Positions 28,776 through 38,724 of a DNA stretch of 64,000 nt are shown here, piece by piece (the first letter of the stretch is position 1; each line of letters starts with the position of its first letter). Location of the stretch: assembly GCA_019414245.1 (NCBI GenBank), contig DXMK01000005.1, positions 14,463 through 78,462 of the forward strand, written 5' to 3'. The notes beneath the pieces were generated by a model. It searched no databases. It was given only the letters and a program-made list of their open reading frames with translations, and was not told the DNA's origin. The DNA is from Collinsella sp. (lineage in GTDB: Bacteria; Actinomycetota; Coriobacteriia; Coriobacteriales; Coriobacteriaceae). Made by a program: the position numbers and the translations under genes.

Positions 28776-29327
28776 CTAGAACTTGACGGTCGGGGCCTGG
28801 CGGGCTGCTTCGGCGGCCTCGAAGCCCTGGCGCTCCTTAAACTGGAAGATGCCGGCAAAGATGACAGCCGGGAACGTCTGAATGGCGTTGTTGTAGCTGA
28901 GCACGCAGTCGTTGTAGCTCTGGCGTGCATAGCTAATCTTGTTCTCGGTATCCTCGAGCGATGCCTGCAGCTGCGTAAAGTTGGTGTTTGCCTTAAGATC
29001 GGGATAGGCCTCGGCCACGGCGAAGAGCTGGCGCAGCGCACCGGTCAGCACGTTGTCGGCTTCCATCTTGGCCTCGGGCGTGGTGGCCTTGACGGCGGTG
29101 TTACGCGCGCTGATCACGGCGGAGAGCGTCTCCTGCTCGTGCTTGGCGTAGCCCTTGACGGTCTCGACCAGGTTGGGGATCAGGTCGTTGCGGCGCTGCA
29201 GCTGCGTATCGATGTTCTGCCAGGCGTTATCGATGCGGTTACGCTTGGTGACCATGTTGTTGTAGATGCCGGCGATGGCGCAGACAATCACAATGACAAC
29301 AACGATGCCGATGATGACGGTAATCAT
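28776..29327 (-). CDS. lemA: LemA family protein
   Basis: N-terminal TM, YN, QLQRRNDLIPNLVETVKGYAKHE, EAYPDLKAN, TENKI..AR..YN. Confidence 0.95.
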   Translation of the reverse strand: MITVIIGIVVVIVIVCAIAGIYNNMVTKRNRIDNAWQNIDTQLQRRNDLIPNLVETVKGYAKHEQETLSAVISARNTAVKATTPEAKMEADNVLTGALRQLFAVAEAYPDLKANTNFTQLQASLEDTENKISYARQSYNDCVLSYNNAIQTFPAVIFAGIFQFKERQGFEAAEAARQAPTVKF

Positions 29328-29526
29328 GATGTCTCCGTTTCGAATGGCCGCGGCGGCATGCGCCAGCTGCCGTTGGTATAACGCTACTAGTATACCCACA
29401 ACGTTTTGCCGTGCCGCACTTTCCGGCAAGCGTTATGTTTTCGGCGGGGTCGGTACCGGGGCAAAGCGCGCGAGGTACAGGTGTAAGATATGCGACAGAT
29501 TGACGAGTGTTGTCTTTGCCCTGAGG

Positions 29527-30123
29527 ATGGCGATACCAGTGGACCTTCGCATTAAGAAAACCTACCGCGCCCTGTTCGATGCCTTCACCGAGCTTCTCGA
29601 GGAGCATCGTTTTGAGGACCTGACGGTTGCCATGCTGTGCGACCGCGCCATGATTCGCCGCACGACGTTCTACAAGCATTTTCGCGACAAGAACGATTAC
29701 TTTGCCTTTTATATCGATGAGCTTATGTCGGGCTTGCCGCAAAAACAGCCCGATGAGGCCGGCGCGGTATCTGCCGAGGACGTGCGCGCGCTTCGACACG
29801 CGATTTTGGACGATGCCATGGATTTGATTCTGACGCACGAGCGGCTCATGGATAACATTTTGGCAAGCAGCATGTCGGGCATGTTGACCAACGTTATTTG
29901 CGACCGCATTGCTCGCTCCATCCGCGAGCGTGTGATGAACGTGCTTGCCGAGGATGCCCTGGCCCCCGTGTCACTCGTGACGACGTCTGAGTTTGTCGCC
30001 GGCGGTATTATTCGACTTTTCACGATATGGTGGGAATCGGGCCACGATCTGGAGCGTCGACCTGAGATAGCCGACGTTGTCGATGCGCTGTTCGAGCGGA
30101 CCATGACACCGGTGCATCACTAA
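29527..30123 (+). CDS. TetR/AcrR-family regulator
   Basis: DLRIKKT..LTVAMLCDRAMIRRTTFYKHFRDK. Confidence 0.9.
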   Translation: MAIPVDLRIKKTYRALFDAFTELLEEHRFEDLTVAMLCDRAMIRRTTFYKHFRDKNDYFAFYIDELMSGLPQKQPDEAGAVSAEDVRALRHAILDDAMDLILTHERLMDNILASSMSGMLTNVICDRIARSIRERVMNVLAEDALAPVSLVTTSEFVAGGIIRLFTIWWESGHDLERRPEIADVVDALFERTMTPVHH

Positions 30124-30126
30124 AAG

Positions 30127-30216
30127 TGGCGGAGAGAGGGGGATTCGAACCCCCGGAACGCTCTCGCGCTCAACGGTTTTCAAGACCGCCGCATTCAACC
30201 GCTCTGCCATCTCTCC
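30127..30216 (-). tRNA. tRNA-Ser(TGA)
   Basis: GGAGAGA acceptor stem, anticodon loop CTTGAAA, long variable arm, GGTTCGAATCC T-arm, encoded CCA; 90 nt. Confidence 0.97.
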
Positions 30217-30267
30217 GTGAGTCGTAATGATAGCATCGTTTTGAATTTGCAACAGGGAAGGCGAACG

Positions 30268-32049
30268 ATGACGATCACCGAAATCGACGAGAAGTTCATG
30301 CGCGAGGCGCTGGCGGAGGCGCGAGCCGCCGCGTCGGTGGGCGAGGTGCCCATCGGAGCCGTGGTGGTGCGCGCGGGCGAGATTGTCGCGCGGGCGCATA
30401 ATCGTCGCGAGCTCGACCAGGATCCTTCGGCTCATGCCGAGTTCGCGGCCCTGTGCGCTGCCGCCCAGGCGCTTGGCCGCTGGCGCCTTTCCGATTGCAC
30501 GGTTTACGTGACGCTCGAGCCATGCTGCATGTGTGCGGGCCTTATGGTCAACGCGCGCGTGGGGCGCTGCGTGTATGGCGCGGCTGATGCCAAGGCGGGC
30601 GCGTTGGGTTCGCTGTATGACCTGAATGCCGATTCGCGCCTGAATCATCGGTTTAACGTTAATGCCGGCGTGCTGGCGGATGAATGCCGCGAGCTGCTGA
30701 GTAGCTATTTTGGCGGTCTGCGCGGAGCGGGCGGCGCTGGTTGCGGTTGTGGGGCCGATCTTGGGGCACATACCGCTCATGCCGAGGCGCTCGCGTGTGC
30801 CGAAGAGGATGCTGGCGCAGCGGTTGACTTTGGCCCCGTGCAGCGCCGGCCCCGCCGCGTGCTGCTGGCGATTGATTCCTTTAAGGGCAGCGTTTCGAGC
30901 GCGCAGGCGGAGAAAGCCGTTGCCGAAGGCGTGCGCCGTGTGTGGCCCGATGCCGAGCTGGGCGCTTTGCCGCTGGCAGATGGTGGCGAGGGAACGCTCG
31001 ACGCCATCGCCGCGCGCGGTGGCGAGCTCTCGACCTGTGAGGCTGCAGGCCCCTTGGGCGACCGCGTGTCTGCCCGGATGCTGGTGGACGGCGAGCACGA
31101 GTCGGCTGTAATTGAGATGGCCGAGGCGGCGGGTATTGGGTATTCGTCCTGCACGGAGTCGGCGGCGTTGGCGGCCACAACTTATGGCGTGGGCGAACTG
31201 ATGCTTCGTGCGGTTCGCGCGGGTGCAAAGACGATCTATATTGGTTTGGGCGGCAGCGCCACCAACGACGGTGGCGCCGGCATGCTGCAGGCGCTGGGCG
31301 CCCGCCTTGTCGATGAGCGTGGCCGCAATATCGCCCCCGGTCTCGCGGGCCTTGAACACGTGACGAGTATCGATTTGGTACCGACGCTTCGGGCACTGAG
31401 CGGCGCGCACGTTGTCGTGCTGTCCGATGTCGAGAATCCGCTCGTGGGGCGTCGAGGCGCACTGGCGGTGTTTGGCGGGCAGAAGGGCCTGCCGACGGAT
31501 GATGCCGAGGCGCTGCGCAGGTACGACAGCTGGATGGTCGGCTATGGTCGCCTGCTCGATGCGGCGATTACCGGGGCGCGGGCCCAGGGGCTATTGCGTG
31601 CGCCCGAGGGCGCGCGGACATTTGGCTCGGTGCTCGGTGTGCCCGGTGCCGGCGCCGCCGGCGGCCTGGGCGCCGCGTTGCTAGCGCTCGGTGCGGAGCT
31701 GCGTTCGGGCGTGGAGACGGTGCTCGATCTGATTGGGTTTGACGAGTGCGTGCGCGATGCCGACCTGGTCATAACGGGCGAGGGCAATATGGACGAGCAA
31801 TCCGCTGCCGGCAAGGCACCGGTGGGCGTGGCTCGTCGTGCGAAGCGATATGGCAAGCCGGTTGTTGCCGTCGTGGGCGGTCGTGCCGACAACCTGGATG
31901 CGGTGTATGGGCAGGGTGTCGACTTAGTTCTGCCGGTCTGTCGCAGACCCATGCCCCTTGACCAAGCGCTCGACCCCCAGGAAGCCACAACCAACCTCAT
32001 CTGCGCCGGTGAAGCCGCCGCCCGATCCTACGACCTCGCCCGCCTCTAA
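30268..32049 (+). CDS. tadA: tRNA adenosine(34) deaminase TadA fused to glycerate kinase (GarK/GlxK family)
   Basis: N-terminal GEVPIGA, HAE, TLEPCCMC; C-terminal IDSFKGS, ADGGEGT, GGSATNDGG, GAGAAGG, TGEG; one continuous ORF. Confidence 0.9.
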   Translation: MTITEIDEKFMREALAEARAAASVGEVPIGAVVVRAGEIVARAHNRRELDQDPSAHAEFAALCAAAQALGRWRLSDCTVYVTLEPCCMCAGLMVNARVGRCVYGAADAKAGALGSLYDLNADSRLNHRFNVNAGVLADECRELLSSYFGGLRGAGGAGCGCGADLGAHTAHAEALACAEEDAGAAVDFGPVQRRPRRVLLAIDSFKGSVSSAQAEKAVAEGVRRVWPDAELGALPLADGGEGTLDAIAARGGELSTCEAAGPLGDRVSARMLVDGEHESAVIEMAEAAGIGYSSCTESAALAATTYGVGELMLRAVRAGAKTIYIGLGGSATNDGGAGMLQALGARLVDERGRNIAPGLAGLEHVTSIDLVPTLRALSGAHVVVLSDVENPLVGRRGALAVFGGQKGLPTDDAEALRRYDSWMVGYGRLLDAAITGARAQGLLRAPEGARTFGSVLGVPGAGAAGGLGAALLALGAELRSGVETVLDLIGFDECVRDADLVITGEGNMDEQSAAGKAPVGVARRAKRYGKPVVAVVGGRADNLDAVYGQGVDLVLPVCRRPMPLDQALDPQEATTNLICAGEAAARSYDLARL

Positions 32050-32065
32050 ATCCCAACTCCCTATA

Positions 32066-32132
32066 AGTTGCGGTGGAATAGTTCCTGTTTGGCGGCTCAG
32101 GCGGCAAAAACAGGAACTATTCCACCGCAACT
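32066..32132. repeat. Palindromic element, AGTTGCGGTGGAATA family
   Basis: Perfect 25-bp arms AGTTGCGGTGGAATAGTTCCTGTTT; related copy at 53750. Confidence 0.8.
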
Positions 32133-32170
32133 CAAAAGTGGTCTTTTGGCCCTGTCCCAAATTAGCTACC

Positions 32171-32199
32171 TTGCCCCATCGGGCGGGAGCGGGTAAGAT
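32171..32199 (+). promoter_or_regulatory. Probable SRP RNA promoter
   Basis: TTGCCC-17-TAAGAT just upstream of the RNA. Confidence 0.55.
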
Positions 32200-32206
32200 A
32201 TACCGA

Positions 32207-32324
32207 GCGCCTAGCGCGTTCGATGGGTTCGGATGACGACATGTTCCGAATCTGGTCAGGTCCGGAAGGAAGCAGCCATAAGGAGCCTCTGTCGGGCATC
32301 CGAATCCATCGAGCGCACGGGCGC
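32207..32324 (+). ncRNA. ffs: Signal recognition particle RNA (small, 4.5S type)
   Basis: Domain IV motif TCAGGTCCGGAAGGAAGCAGC at the apex of a long hairpin closed by GCGCC/GGCGC, followed by a T run; near tadA and tRNA-Ser. Confidence 0.92.
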
Positions 32325-32337
32325 TTTTTGGTGCCGC

Positions 32338-32442
32338 GATGTGGTCCCGGTGCCGGCGGACTGTTTGGTGTCTCGCTGGTCCTCGGCTTTGCCTGCGGAA
32401 TCGCTCGACTACCAAACAGCCCGCCGGCACCGGGACCACATC
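32338..32442 (+). repeat. Long hairpin element, GTCCT/TGCGGA family
   Basis: 32-bp arms (31/32 complementary) around GTCCTCGGC-TTT-GCCTGCGGAATCGC. Confidence 0.75.
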
Positions 32443-32664
32443 GTCCAAAATGCGCCCGTAGAGGCGCGTTAATCTGAACAATTAATCCCTTGTCTAGTGC
32501 TGCTCGTTGGCTTTGCCAAAACATGTTCGGGTGCTTTGTCTCTGTGCCTAGTTTCCTGATTGTTTCGGGGGCTTGTTCTGTGACGAGTTGATTTCATATC
32601 TCCAGGGCTCTCCGTACTATCATGAATCAGATTGAAGAGAGATGATGATAAGGAGCGCCTATAC

Positions 32665-34521
32665 ATGATTGAGCTGCTCAGGCGTTTTGGTGGTAAGTTT
32701 CGCCGGTATATGGTGATTGGTCCTGCGTGCAAGCTGATCGAAGTGATCTTTGACCTGCTGACGCCGCTGGTGATTGCCCAGATGATCGATAAGGGCATTG
32801 GCTCGCACGACGTGAACGCCGTTATCCACTACGGCATGGTACTTGGCGCCATGGCTGTGATCGGCATCTCGTTTACGCTCGTCTGCCAAAAGATGGCGGC
32901 GCTGACTTCGCAGGGCATGGGTACCGACATTCGCAGTGCACTCTACCAGCACATCAACGAACTGAGCTATGTCGAACTCGATCGCTTTGGCACGCCGTCG
33001 CTCATCACGCGCATTACCAACGATGTCAACCAGGTGCAGCTCGCTGTGGCGCTGGGCGTGCGCATGCTTATCCGCTGGCCCTTCTTGGCGGTGGGTTCTA
33101 TGTGCGCGGCCCTTGCCATCGACCTTAAGCTCGGCATCATCTTTTTGATTTGCACACCCGCCATCGGCTTGGTGTTTTGGTTTGTCATGGCGCGCTGCAT
33201 TCCGTACTACAAGCAGCTGCAGGCAAAGCTCGACCGCATCGCGCTTGTCTGCCGCGAGGGGCTTTCGGGTGCCCGTGTGGTCCGCGCGTTTGTGCGCGAA
33301 GACCACGAGCGCGAGCGTTTTGCTCGTGCGGCCGACGACCAGGCGCATGTCGCCATCGCGGTGGGTAAGCTCTCGTCGGTCCTTAACCCCGTCACGTTTT
33401 TGGTGATGAATCTGGGCGTGTGCGCCATCCTGTGGGTGGGCGGCATCCAGGTCAACGTGGGTGAGCTTACGCAGGGCCAGGTCATGGCGTTTGTGAACTA
33501 CATGACGCAGACCCTCACCTCCATCGTCTACGTGGCCAACCTGGTCGTTGTCTTTACCAAGGCGAGCGCCAGCGCGTCGCGCATCAACGAGGTGCTCAAT
33601 TGCGAGCCGAGCATCACCGACGAGGGCAACCAGCCGGTCGCGCTGCCTGAGCCGAGCGACCTGGCGGGTGGCGCTGTTCCGGTCCCTGCGCTGAGCTTTG
33701 ACCATGCGAGCTTTTCGTTTGGCGCGGGCGCGGCAAATGCCGTGAGCGATGTGACCCTGGAGCTGCCGCTGGGCAAAACGCTCGGCATTATCGGCGGCAC
33801 GGGCAGCGGCAAGTCCACACTCGTCTCGCTTATCCCGCGCCTGTACGATGTGAGCACCGGCCGCGTGAGCGTGATGGGCGCCGACGTGCACACCTGGCCG
33901 CTCGACCAGCTGCGCCGTGTGGTCGCGACCGTTCCGCAGCGCGCTTCGCTGGTGAGCGGCACAATCCGCAGCAACCTGACCTGGCGCGACGAGGCAGCAA
34001 CCGACGAGGAGCTCTGGGCGGCGCTCGATATGGCGCAGGCCAGCGAGTTCGTGCGCGACAAGCCCCAGGGCTTAGATGCTCCGGTCGAGGCGGGCGGCAA
34101 GAACTTTAGCGGTGGCCAACGTCAGCGTCTGACTATCGCGCGCGCCTTGGTAGGTTCGCCTCAGATATTGATCATGGACGATTCCGCCTCGGCGCTCGAC
34201 TTTAAGACCGACGCGGCACTCCGCCATGCCATTCGCAAACGAAGCATGCGCGGTGCCGCCGAGGGCGCGCTGCCGCTGACCACGGTGATTGTGAGCCAAC
34301 GCGTCTCGACCGTTCGCGATGTCGACATAATCTGCGTACTCGACCACGGCTCGGTTGCGGGCCTGGGAACGCACGATGAGCTGTACGCGACCTGCCAGCT
34401 CTATCGCGAGATTTGCCAGTCGCAGCTTCGCCGCGAGGAGCTCGAGGGTCAGCAGGGGAGCGCGGTGCCCGCGCCCGCCCCGACTGCCCCTGCGCCTACT
34501 TGCTCAAAGGAGAGTTGCTAG
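32665..34521 (+). CDS. ABC exporter subunit (TMD+NBD, degenerate site)
   Basis: GGTGSGKS, FSGGQ, MDDSASALD; AAGGAG RBS. Confidence 0.93.
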   Translation: MIELLRRFGGKFRRYMVIGPACKLIEVIFDLLTPLVIAQMIDKGIGSHDVNAVIHYGMVLGAMAVIGISFTLVCQKMAALTSQGMGTDIRSALYQHINELSYVELDRFGTPSLITRITNDVNQVQLAVALGVRMLIRWPFLAVGSMCAALAIDLKLGIIFLICTPAIGLVFWFVMARCIPYYKQLQAKLDRIALVCREGLSGARVVRAFVREDHERERFARAADDQAHVAIAVGKLSSVLNPVTFLVMNLGVCAILWVGGIQVNVGELTQGQVMAFVNYMTQTLTSIVYVANLVVVFTKASASASRINEVLNCEPSITDEGNQPVALPEPSDLAGGAVPVPALSFDHASFSFGAGAANAVSDVTLELPLGKTLGIIGGTGSGKSTLVSLIPRLYDVSTGRVSVMGADVHTWPLDQLRRVVATVPQRASLVSGTIRSNLTWRDEAATDEELWAALDMAQASEFVRDKPQGLDAPVEAGGKNFSGGQRQRLTIARALVGSPQILIMDDSASALDFKTDAALRHAIRKRSMRGAAEGALPLTTVIVSQRVSTVRDVDIICVLDHGSVAGLGTHDELYATCQLYREICQSQLRREELEGQQGSAVPAPAPTAPAPTCSKESC

Positions 34522-36381
34522 ATGAACCCGTATACTTCTTCCGGTTCGGTCGCCACGATGACGGCCAACGTGTCCGGCAACGATAGTCTCAACGACCTGG
34601 GAGACGGTCCCCGCCAGCCCGGCGACCCCGAGCGCTATCCCGCCGGTGCGGTGACCCGCCGCCTGCTGGGCTATGTTCGCCCGCACCGCGTCTCGTTTGC
34701 GACATCGTTTTTGAGTGCCGCCGTCTCGGTGATACTGCAGCTCTACACGCCCATCCTCATTGGCGAGGGCATCGACCTTATCGTCACCGCCGGGCAGGTG
34801 GACTTTGACGTGCTGCTGCCGCTCGTTACCAAGCTCGCGATTGTCGTGGTGGGCGCGGCGGCCTTCCAGTGGCTGCAGGGCTATTGCGTCAACCGCCTGT
34901 CCTACGAGACGGTGCGCGACATGCGCGTGGAGGCGAGCAACAAGCTCAGCCGCATGCCGCTCAGCTTTATCGACAGCCATGCCCACGGCGACCTTATGAG
35001 CCGCGTGGTCAACGACGTCGATCAGGTGGGCGATGGCCTGCTGCAGGGCTTTACCCAGCTATTCACCGGCGTTATCACCATCGTTGGCACGCTCGCGTTT
35101 ATGCTCTCCATTAACCTGACCATGACGCTCGTGGTGGTGCTCGTCACGCCGCTTTCCATCTTTGCGGCCGGTGCCATCGCCAAGCTCTCCAACAAGAGCT
35201 TCACTGCCCAGCAGCGCATCCAGGGTCTGCTCGGGGGCCATATCGAGGAGTATGTGGGCGAGCAAAAGCTTGTGGATGCGTTTGCCTACGGCCCGCACGC
35301 TCAGCAGCGCTTCGATGCCCTCAACGCCGAGCTCTATACGGCGGGCGAGCGCGCACAGTTTATGGGTTCGCTCTCTAACCCCGGCACGCGCTTTATCAAC
35401 AACATCATCTACGCCGTGGTGGCCGTGATTGGCTGCATTGGCGTGATTGCGGGCGTGCCCGCGGCACTTACGGTGGGCGGCGTGCAGATCTTCCTGTCCT
35501 ACGCCAACCAGTACACTAAGCCGTTCAACGAGGTCACGAACGTCATCACGCAGATCCAAACCGCGTATGCCTCGGCGCGTCGTATGTTTGCGCTGCTCGA
35601 CGCGCGCGAGCAGGAGCCCGATGTCGAGGATGCCGTGGAACTCACGGCCCCGAAGGGCGAGGTCGCCTTTGAGCATGTGGGCTTTAGCTATGTGCCCGAC
35701 CGCAAGCTGCTGCAGGACATCTGCATCGATGCTAAGCCCGGCATGCGGTTTGCCCTGGTCGGTCCCACGGGCTGCGGCAAGACGACGCTCATCAACCTGC
35801 TGCTGCGCTTTTACGATATCGATGCCGGCAGTATTGCTGTCGACGGCCGCTCTTCGCGCGACTACACGCGCGCGAGCCTGCGCCGCGCCTTTGGCATGGT
35901 GTTGCAGGACACCTGGCTGTTCGAGGGCACGGTGGCCCAGAACATTGCCTACGGTTGCCCCGACGCCACGCGCGAGCAGATTATCGAGGCGGCCAAGCGC
36001 GCGCATGCGCACAAGTTTATCGTGCAGCTGCCGCAGGGCTACGACACGGTGATCGGCGAGGACGGCGGCACGTTTAGCCAGGGTCAAAAACAGCTGCTGT
36101 GCATCGCACGCGTTATGCTCACTGACCCGGCTATCTTGCTGTTGGACGAGGCGACCTCGAGCATCGATACCCGCACCGAGCTGCAGGTGCAAGCGGCATT
36201 CGACGAGCTCATGGCCGGCCGCACGAGCTTTGTCGTGGCGCACCGCCTGTCGACGATTCGGAACGCCGACTGCATCCTGGTGATGCGCGACGGCGAGATT
36301 ATCGAGCGCGGCACGCATGACGAGCTGCTGGCGGCAGACGGCTTCTATGCCGAGCTCTACCGCAGCCAGTTTGCCCAGTGA
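34522..36381 (+). CDS. ABC exporter subunit (TMD+NBD, consensus site)
   Basis: GPTGCGKT, FSQGQ, LDEATSSID, AHRL. Confidence 0.93.
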   Translation: MNPYTSSGSVATMTANVSGNDSLNDLGDGPRQPGDPERYPAGAVTRRLLGYVRPHRVSFATSFLSAAVSVILQLYTPILIGEGIDLIVTAGQVDFDVLLPLVTKLAIVVVGAAAFQWLQGYCVNRLSYETVRDMRVEASNKLSRMPLSFIDSHAHGDLMSRVVNDVDQVGDGLLQGFTQLFTGVITIVGTLAFMLSINLTMTLVVVLVTPLSIFAAGAIAKLSNKSFTAQQRIQGLLGGHIEEYVGEQKLVDAFAYGPHAQQRFDALNAELYTAGERAQFMGSLSNPGTRFINNIIYAVVAVIGCIGVIAGVPAALTVGGVQIFLSYANQYTKPFNEVTNVITQIQTAYASARRMFALLDAREQEPDVEDAVELTAPKGEVAFEHVGFSYVPDRKLLQDICIDAKPGMRFALVGPTGCGKTTLINLLLRFYDIDAGSIAVDGRSSRDYTRASLRRAFGMVLQDTWLFEGTVAQNIAYGCPDATREQIIEAAKRAHAHKFIVQLPQGYDTVIGEDGGTFSQGQKQLLCIARVMLTDPAILLLDEATSSIDTRTELQVQAAFDELMAGRTSFVVAHRLSTIRNADCILVMRDGEIIERGTHDELLAADGFYAELYRSQFAQ

Positions 36382-36486
36382 GAGCGGCCGATTAGCGGCA
36401 GATGGTTTACATCTGCGTCGTTAGTACTAAGATATGCTTCTAACAAATTGCATTAATGGCTCGAGTTTCGGGGGAAACGAGGCAAC

Positions 36487-37044
36487 GTGACTATGACATG
36501 CTCTATGGTGGTCAACAGCAAGAGCGGTAATACCAGGATGGTTTCGGGCGCGATTAAGCGCGCGCTGCAGGCCGCGGGCGTCGAGTTTATTCACGCCGCC
36601 GCACTGAGCGATGATGCCGATTCTGAGCAGGTTGCGAGCGAGGCCCAGGGTGCCTGCGCGGCCGATACGGTGCTTGTCGGTTTTTGGTGCGACAAGGGCA
36701 CCTGCTCGCCTTCGGTTGCGACGCTGCTCTCTGCCCTGCACGGCAAGCGCGTCTTTCTGTTTGGTACCTGCGGCTTTGGTGCCAGCGAGGACTACTTTAG
36801 GCAGATTATCGACCGCGTGTCGTCCAATTTGGCCGAGGATGCCGAGCTTGTGGGCTGGGCGATGTGCCAGGGCAAGATGGGCCCCGCGGTCAAGCAGCGT
36901 TACGAGGCCATGCTCGAGCAAGATCCCGACAATGCCCGCTTTAAGATGCTGCTCGACAACTGGGTCGCCGCAAAGGATCATCCCACCAAGGAAGACCTGG
37001 ACAACATGGCGGCGGCCGCTAAGAAGGCCGTGCTGGGCGAGTAA
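36487..37044 (+). CDS. Flavodoxin-like protein
   Basis: SKSGNT FMN-binding loop, VGFWCDKG, FLFGT.GFG, CQGKM, HP. Start 36487 or 36493. Confidence 0.82.
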   Translation: MTMTCSMVVNSKSGNTRMVSGAIKRALQAAGVEFIHAAALSDDADSEQVASEAQGACAADTVLVGFWCDKGTCSPSVATLLSALHGKRVFLFGTCGFGASEDYFRQIIDRVSSNLAEDAELVGWAMCQGKMGPAVKQRYEAMLEQDPDNARFKMLLDNWVAAKDHPTKEDLDNMAAAAKKAVLGE

Positions 37045-37086
37045 CCCACTGCTCGCGGTGTCGAGCGCGCAAAATGACACAGAAGT

Positions 37087-37115
37087 GAAGGCCTCGAAAT
37101 TCTCGAGGCCTTTTT
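37087..37115 (+). terminator. Intrinsic terminator
   Basis: AAGGCCTCGA..TCGAGGCCTT then TTT. Confidence 0.7.
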
Positions 37116-37142
37116 CTTGACAGTCGACTGTGCCGTGGCAAT

Positions 37143-37157
37143 ATGAACATAGTTCAC
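37143..37157. promoter_or_regulatory. TetR operator candidate 1
   Basis: ATGAAC-ATA-GTTCAC downstream of TTGACA (37117). Confidence 0.65.
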
Positions 37158-37172
37158 ATTGGAGGTGAGGGC

Positions 37173-37730
37173 ATGAATAACACAGCGACGTCTAAGGAGG
37201 AAATCCTGAAGACGAGCCGTAAGCTCATCCAGGAAAACGGCTGGACCGGCGTCAACATTCGCTCGGTGGCGGCGGCGTGCGGCGTGTCGGTCGGATGCAT
37301 CTACAACTACTTTGATTCTAAGACAGCGCTGGTGGGCGCGACCGTGGCAAGCGTCTGGGGCGACATTTTCCATCATCCGGACGATGAGTCGGTTTTGGAT
37401 GACACGGTCTCCTGCATTCGCTGGATGTATCGCCAGATAGAGTACGGTAGCCAAACGTATCCGGGCTTCTTTACGCACCATTCGCTGGGATTCATGCAGC
37501 AAGACACCGCGGATGGCAAGCGTCAAATGCATCATGCCTGGCAGCATATCCTCGACCAGCTCTGTGTGGTGCTCAAGCGCGATTCACGGGTGCGCTCAGA
37601 TGCCTTCACCGATCAGTTTTCGGCCGAGCAATTTGCCGAGGTCCTGTTCTCGCTCATGCTCTCTGCCGTGATCCGACAGGATTTTGATCCGAGCGCCGTG
37701 CTCGAGATCACGCGTCGAACCCTTTACTAA
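37173..37730 (+). CDS. TetR/AcrR-family regulator
   Basis: NIRSVAAACGVSVGCIYNYFDSK; GGAGG RBS. Confidence 0.92.
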   Translation: MNNTATSKEEILKTSRKLIQENGWTGVNIRSVAAACGVSVGCIYNYFDSKTALVGATVASVWGDIFHHPDDESVLDDTVSCIRWMYRQIEYGSQTYPGFFTHHSLGFMQQDTADGKRQMHHAWQHILDQLCVVLKRDSRVRSDAFTDQFSAEQFAEVLFSLMLSAVIRQDFDPSAVLEITRRTLY

Positions 37731-37769
37731 ACGGTCCCCGCGCAAGGCGGGGATTTTTACGGTTAGAAA

Positions 37770-37784
37770 ATGAACGCCGTTCAT
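37770..37784. promoter_or_regulatory. TetR operator candidate 2
   Basis: ATGAAC-GCC-GTTCAT perfect palindrome. Confidence 0.65.
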
Positions 37785-37855
37785 GTTAAGGAGATGGTGC
37801 TCGGCGCCAGGAAGCCAACCCGTTCTTTTGCAACCATTCTTTTAGGGAGACACAC

Positions 37856-38518
37856 ATGCGTGCTTTGTTCGAAACGTTGTTTGACATCGTGTATTTGGTG
37901 ACGGTCATCACCGTCGGTATCCGTATGATTCGCGGCAGCAAAGGCAAACGCCAGTTCCAGCTGTTTGGCTGGATGGCGGTCGTTTTGGGCGCCGGTGATT
38001 CGTTCCACCTGGTCCCTCGCGCGCTGGCACTTTGCACGACGGGCTTTGACGCTTATGCTGTACAGCTGGGACTGGGCAAGTGGATCACCTCGATTACCAT
38101 GACCATCTTTTACGTGCTGCTCTACTACGTGTGGCGCGAGCGCTATCAGGTCAAGAATCACGTCGCGACGACCGCGGCGATCTTTGCCCTTGCCGCCATG
38201 CGCGTCGCGCTGTGCATGCTGCCGCAGAACCAGTGGCTTACCAACCAGACGCCGCTCGCGTGGGGCATCCTGCGCAACATTCCGTTTGCCATCATGGGCC
38301 TGATGGTCATCGTGCAGTTCTATCGCAGTGCGAAGCAGGACAACGACGAGGCCTTCCGCTGGATGTGGCTCACCATCGTGTTGAGCTTTGGTTTCTATAT
38401 CCCCGTGGTCCTGTGGGCCGAGGCCATCCCTGCCATTGGCATGCTCATGATCCCGAAGACCTGCGCGTACGTCTGGACCGTGCTGATCGGCTACAACGCC
38501 ATGAAGGCGGAGTGCTAG
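37856..38518 (+). CDS. Hypothetical multi-pass membrane protein
   Basis: About 7 hydrophobic segments; GDSFHLVPR, RNIPF and LMIPKT motifs; GGGAG RBS. Confidence 0.8.
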   Translation: MRALFETLFDIVYLVTVITVGIRMIRGSKGKRQFQLFGWMAVVLGAGDSFHLVPRALALCTTGFDAYAVQLGLGKWITSITMTIFYVLLYYVWRERYQVKNHVATTAAIFALAAMRVALCMLPQNQWLTNQTPLAWGILRNIPFAIMGLMVIVQFYRSAKQDNDEAFRWMWLTIVLSFGFYIPVVLWAEAIPAIGMLMIPKTCAYVWTVLIGYNAMKAEC

Positions 38519-38537
38519 GTCCATCTTCTAAATGCAA

Positions 38538-38664
38538 CGCCCTCCCGGGTGGCGGGCACGAAGTTCCCTGCTCTACAGTCCTGCGCAAGACGGAAGCCAC
38601 ATTAAGTGGCTTCCTTTGCGTGCGGAACTCGCGATGAACTTCGTGCCCGCCACCCGGGAGGGCG
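38538..38664 (+). repeat. Long hairpin element with conserved core (left copy)
   Basis: 29-bp perfect outer arms enclosing a core nearly identical to the reverse complement of 45301-45370. Confidence 0.9.
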
Positions 38665-38724
38665 CCCCTTTATTGATGGAAGGCCTAATAAGCTGATAAT
38701 TCCATGCCCCAATGTGTTCAGAGT

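Noticed and set aside
30127..30216. tRNA-Ser as the integration site of a genomic island
   Set aside because: No integrase nearby and no duplicated tRNA 3' end found in the window.
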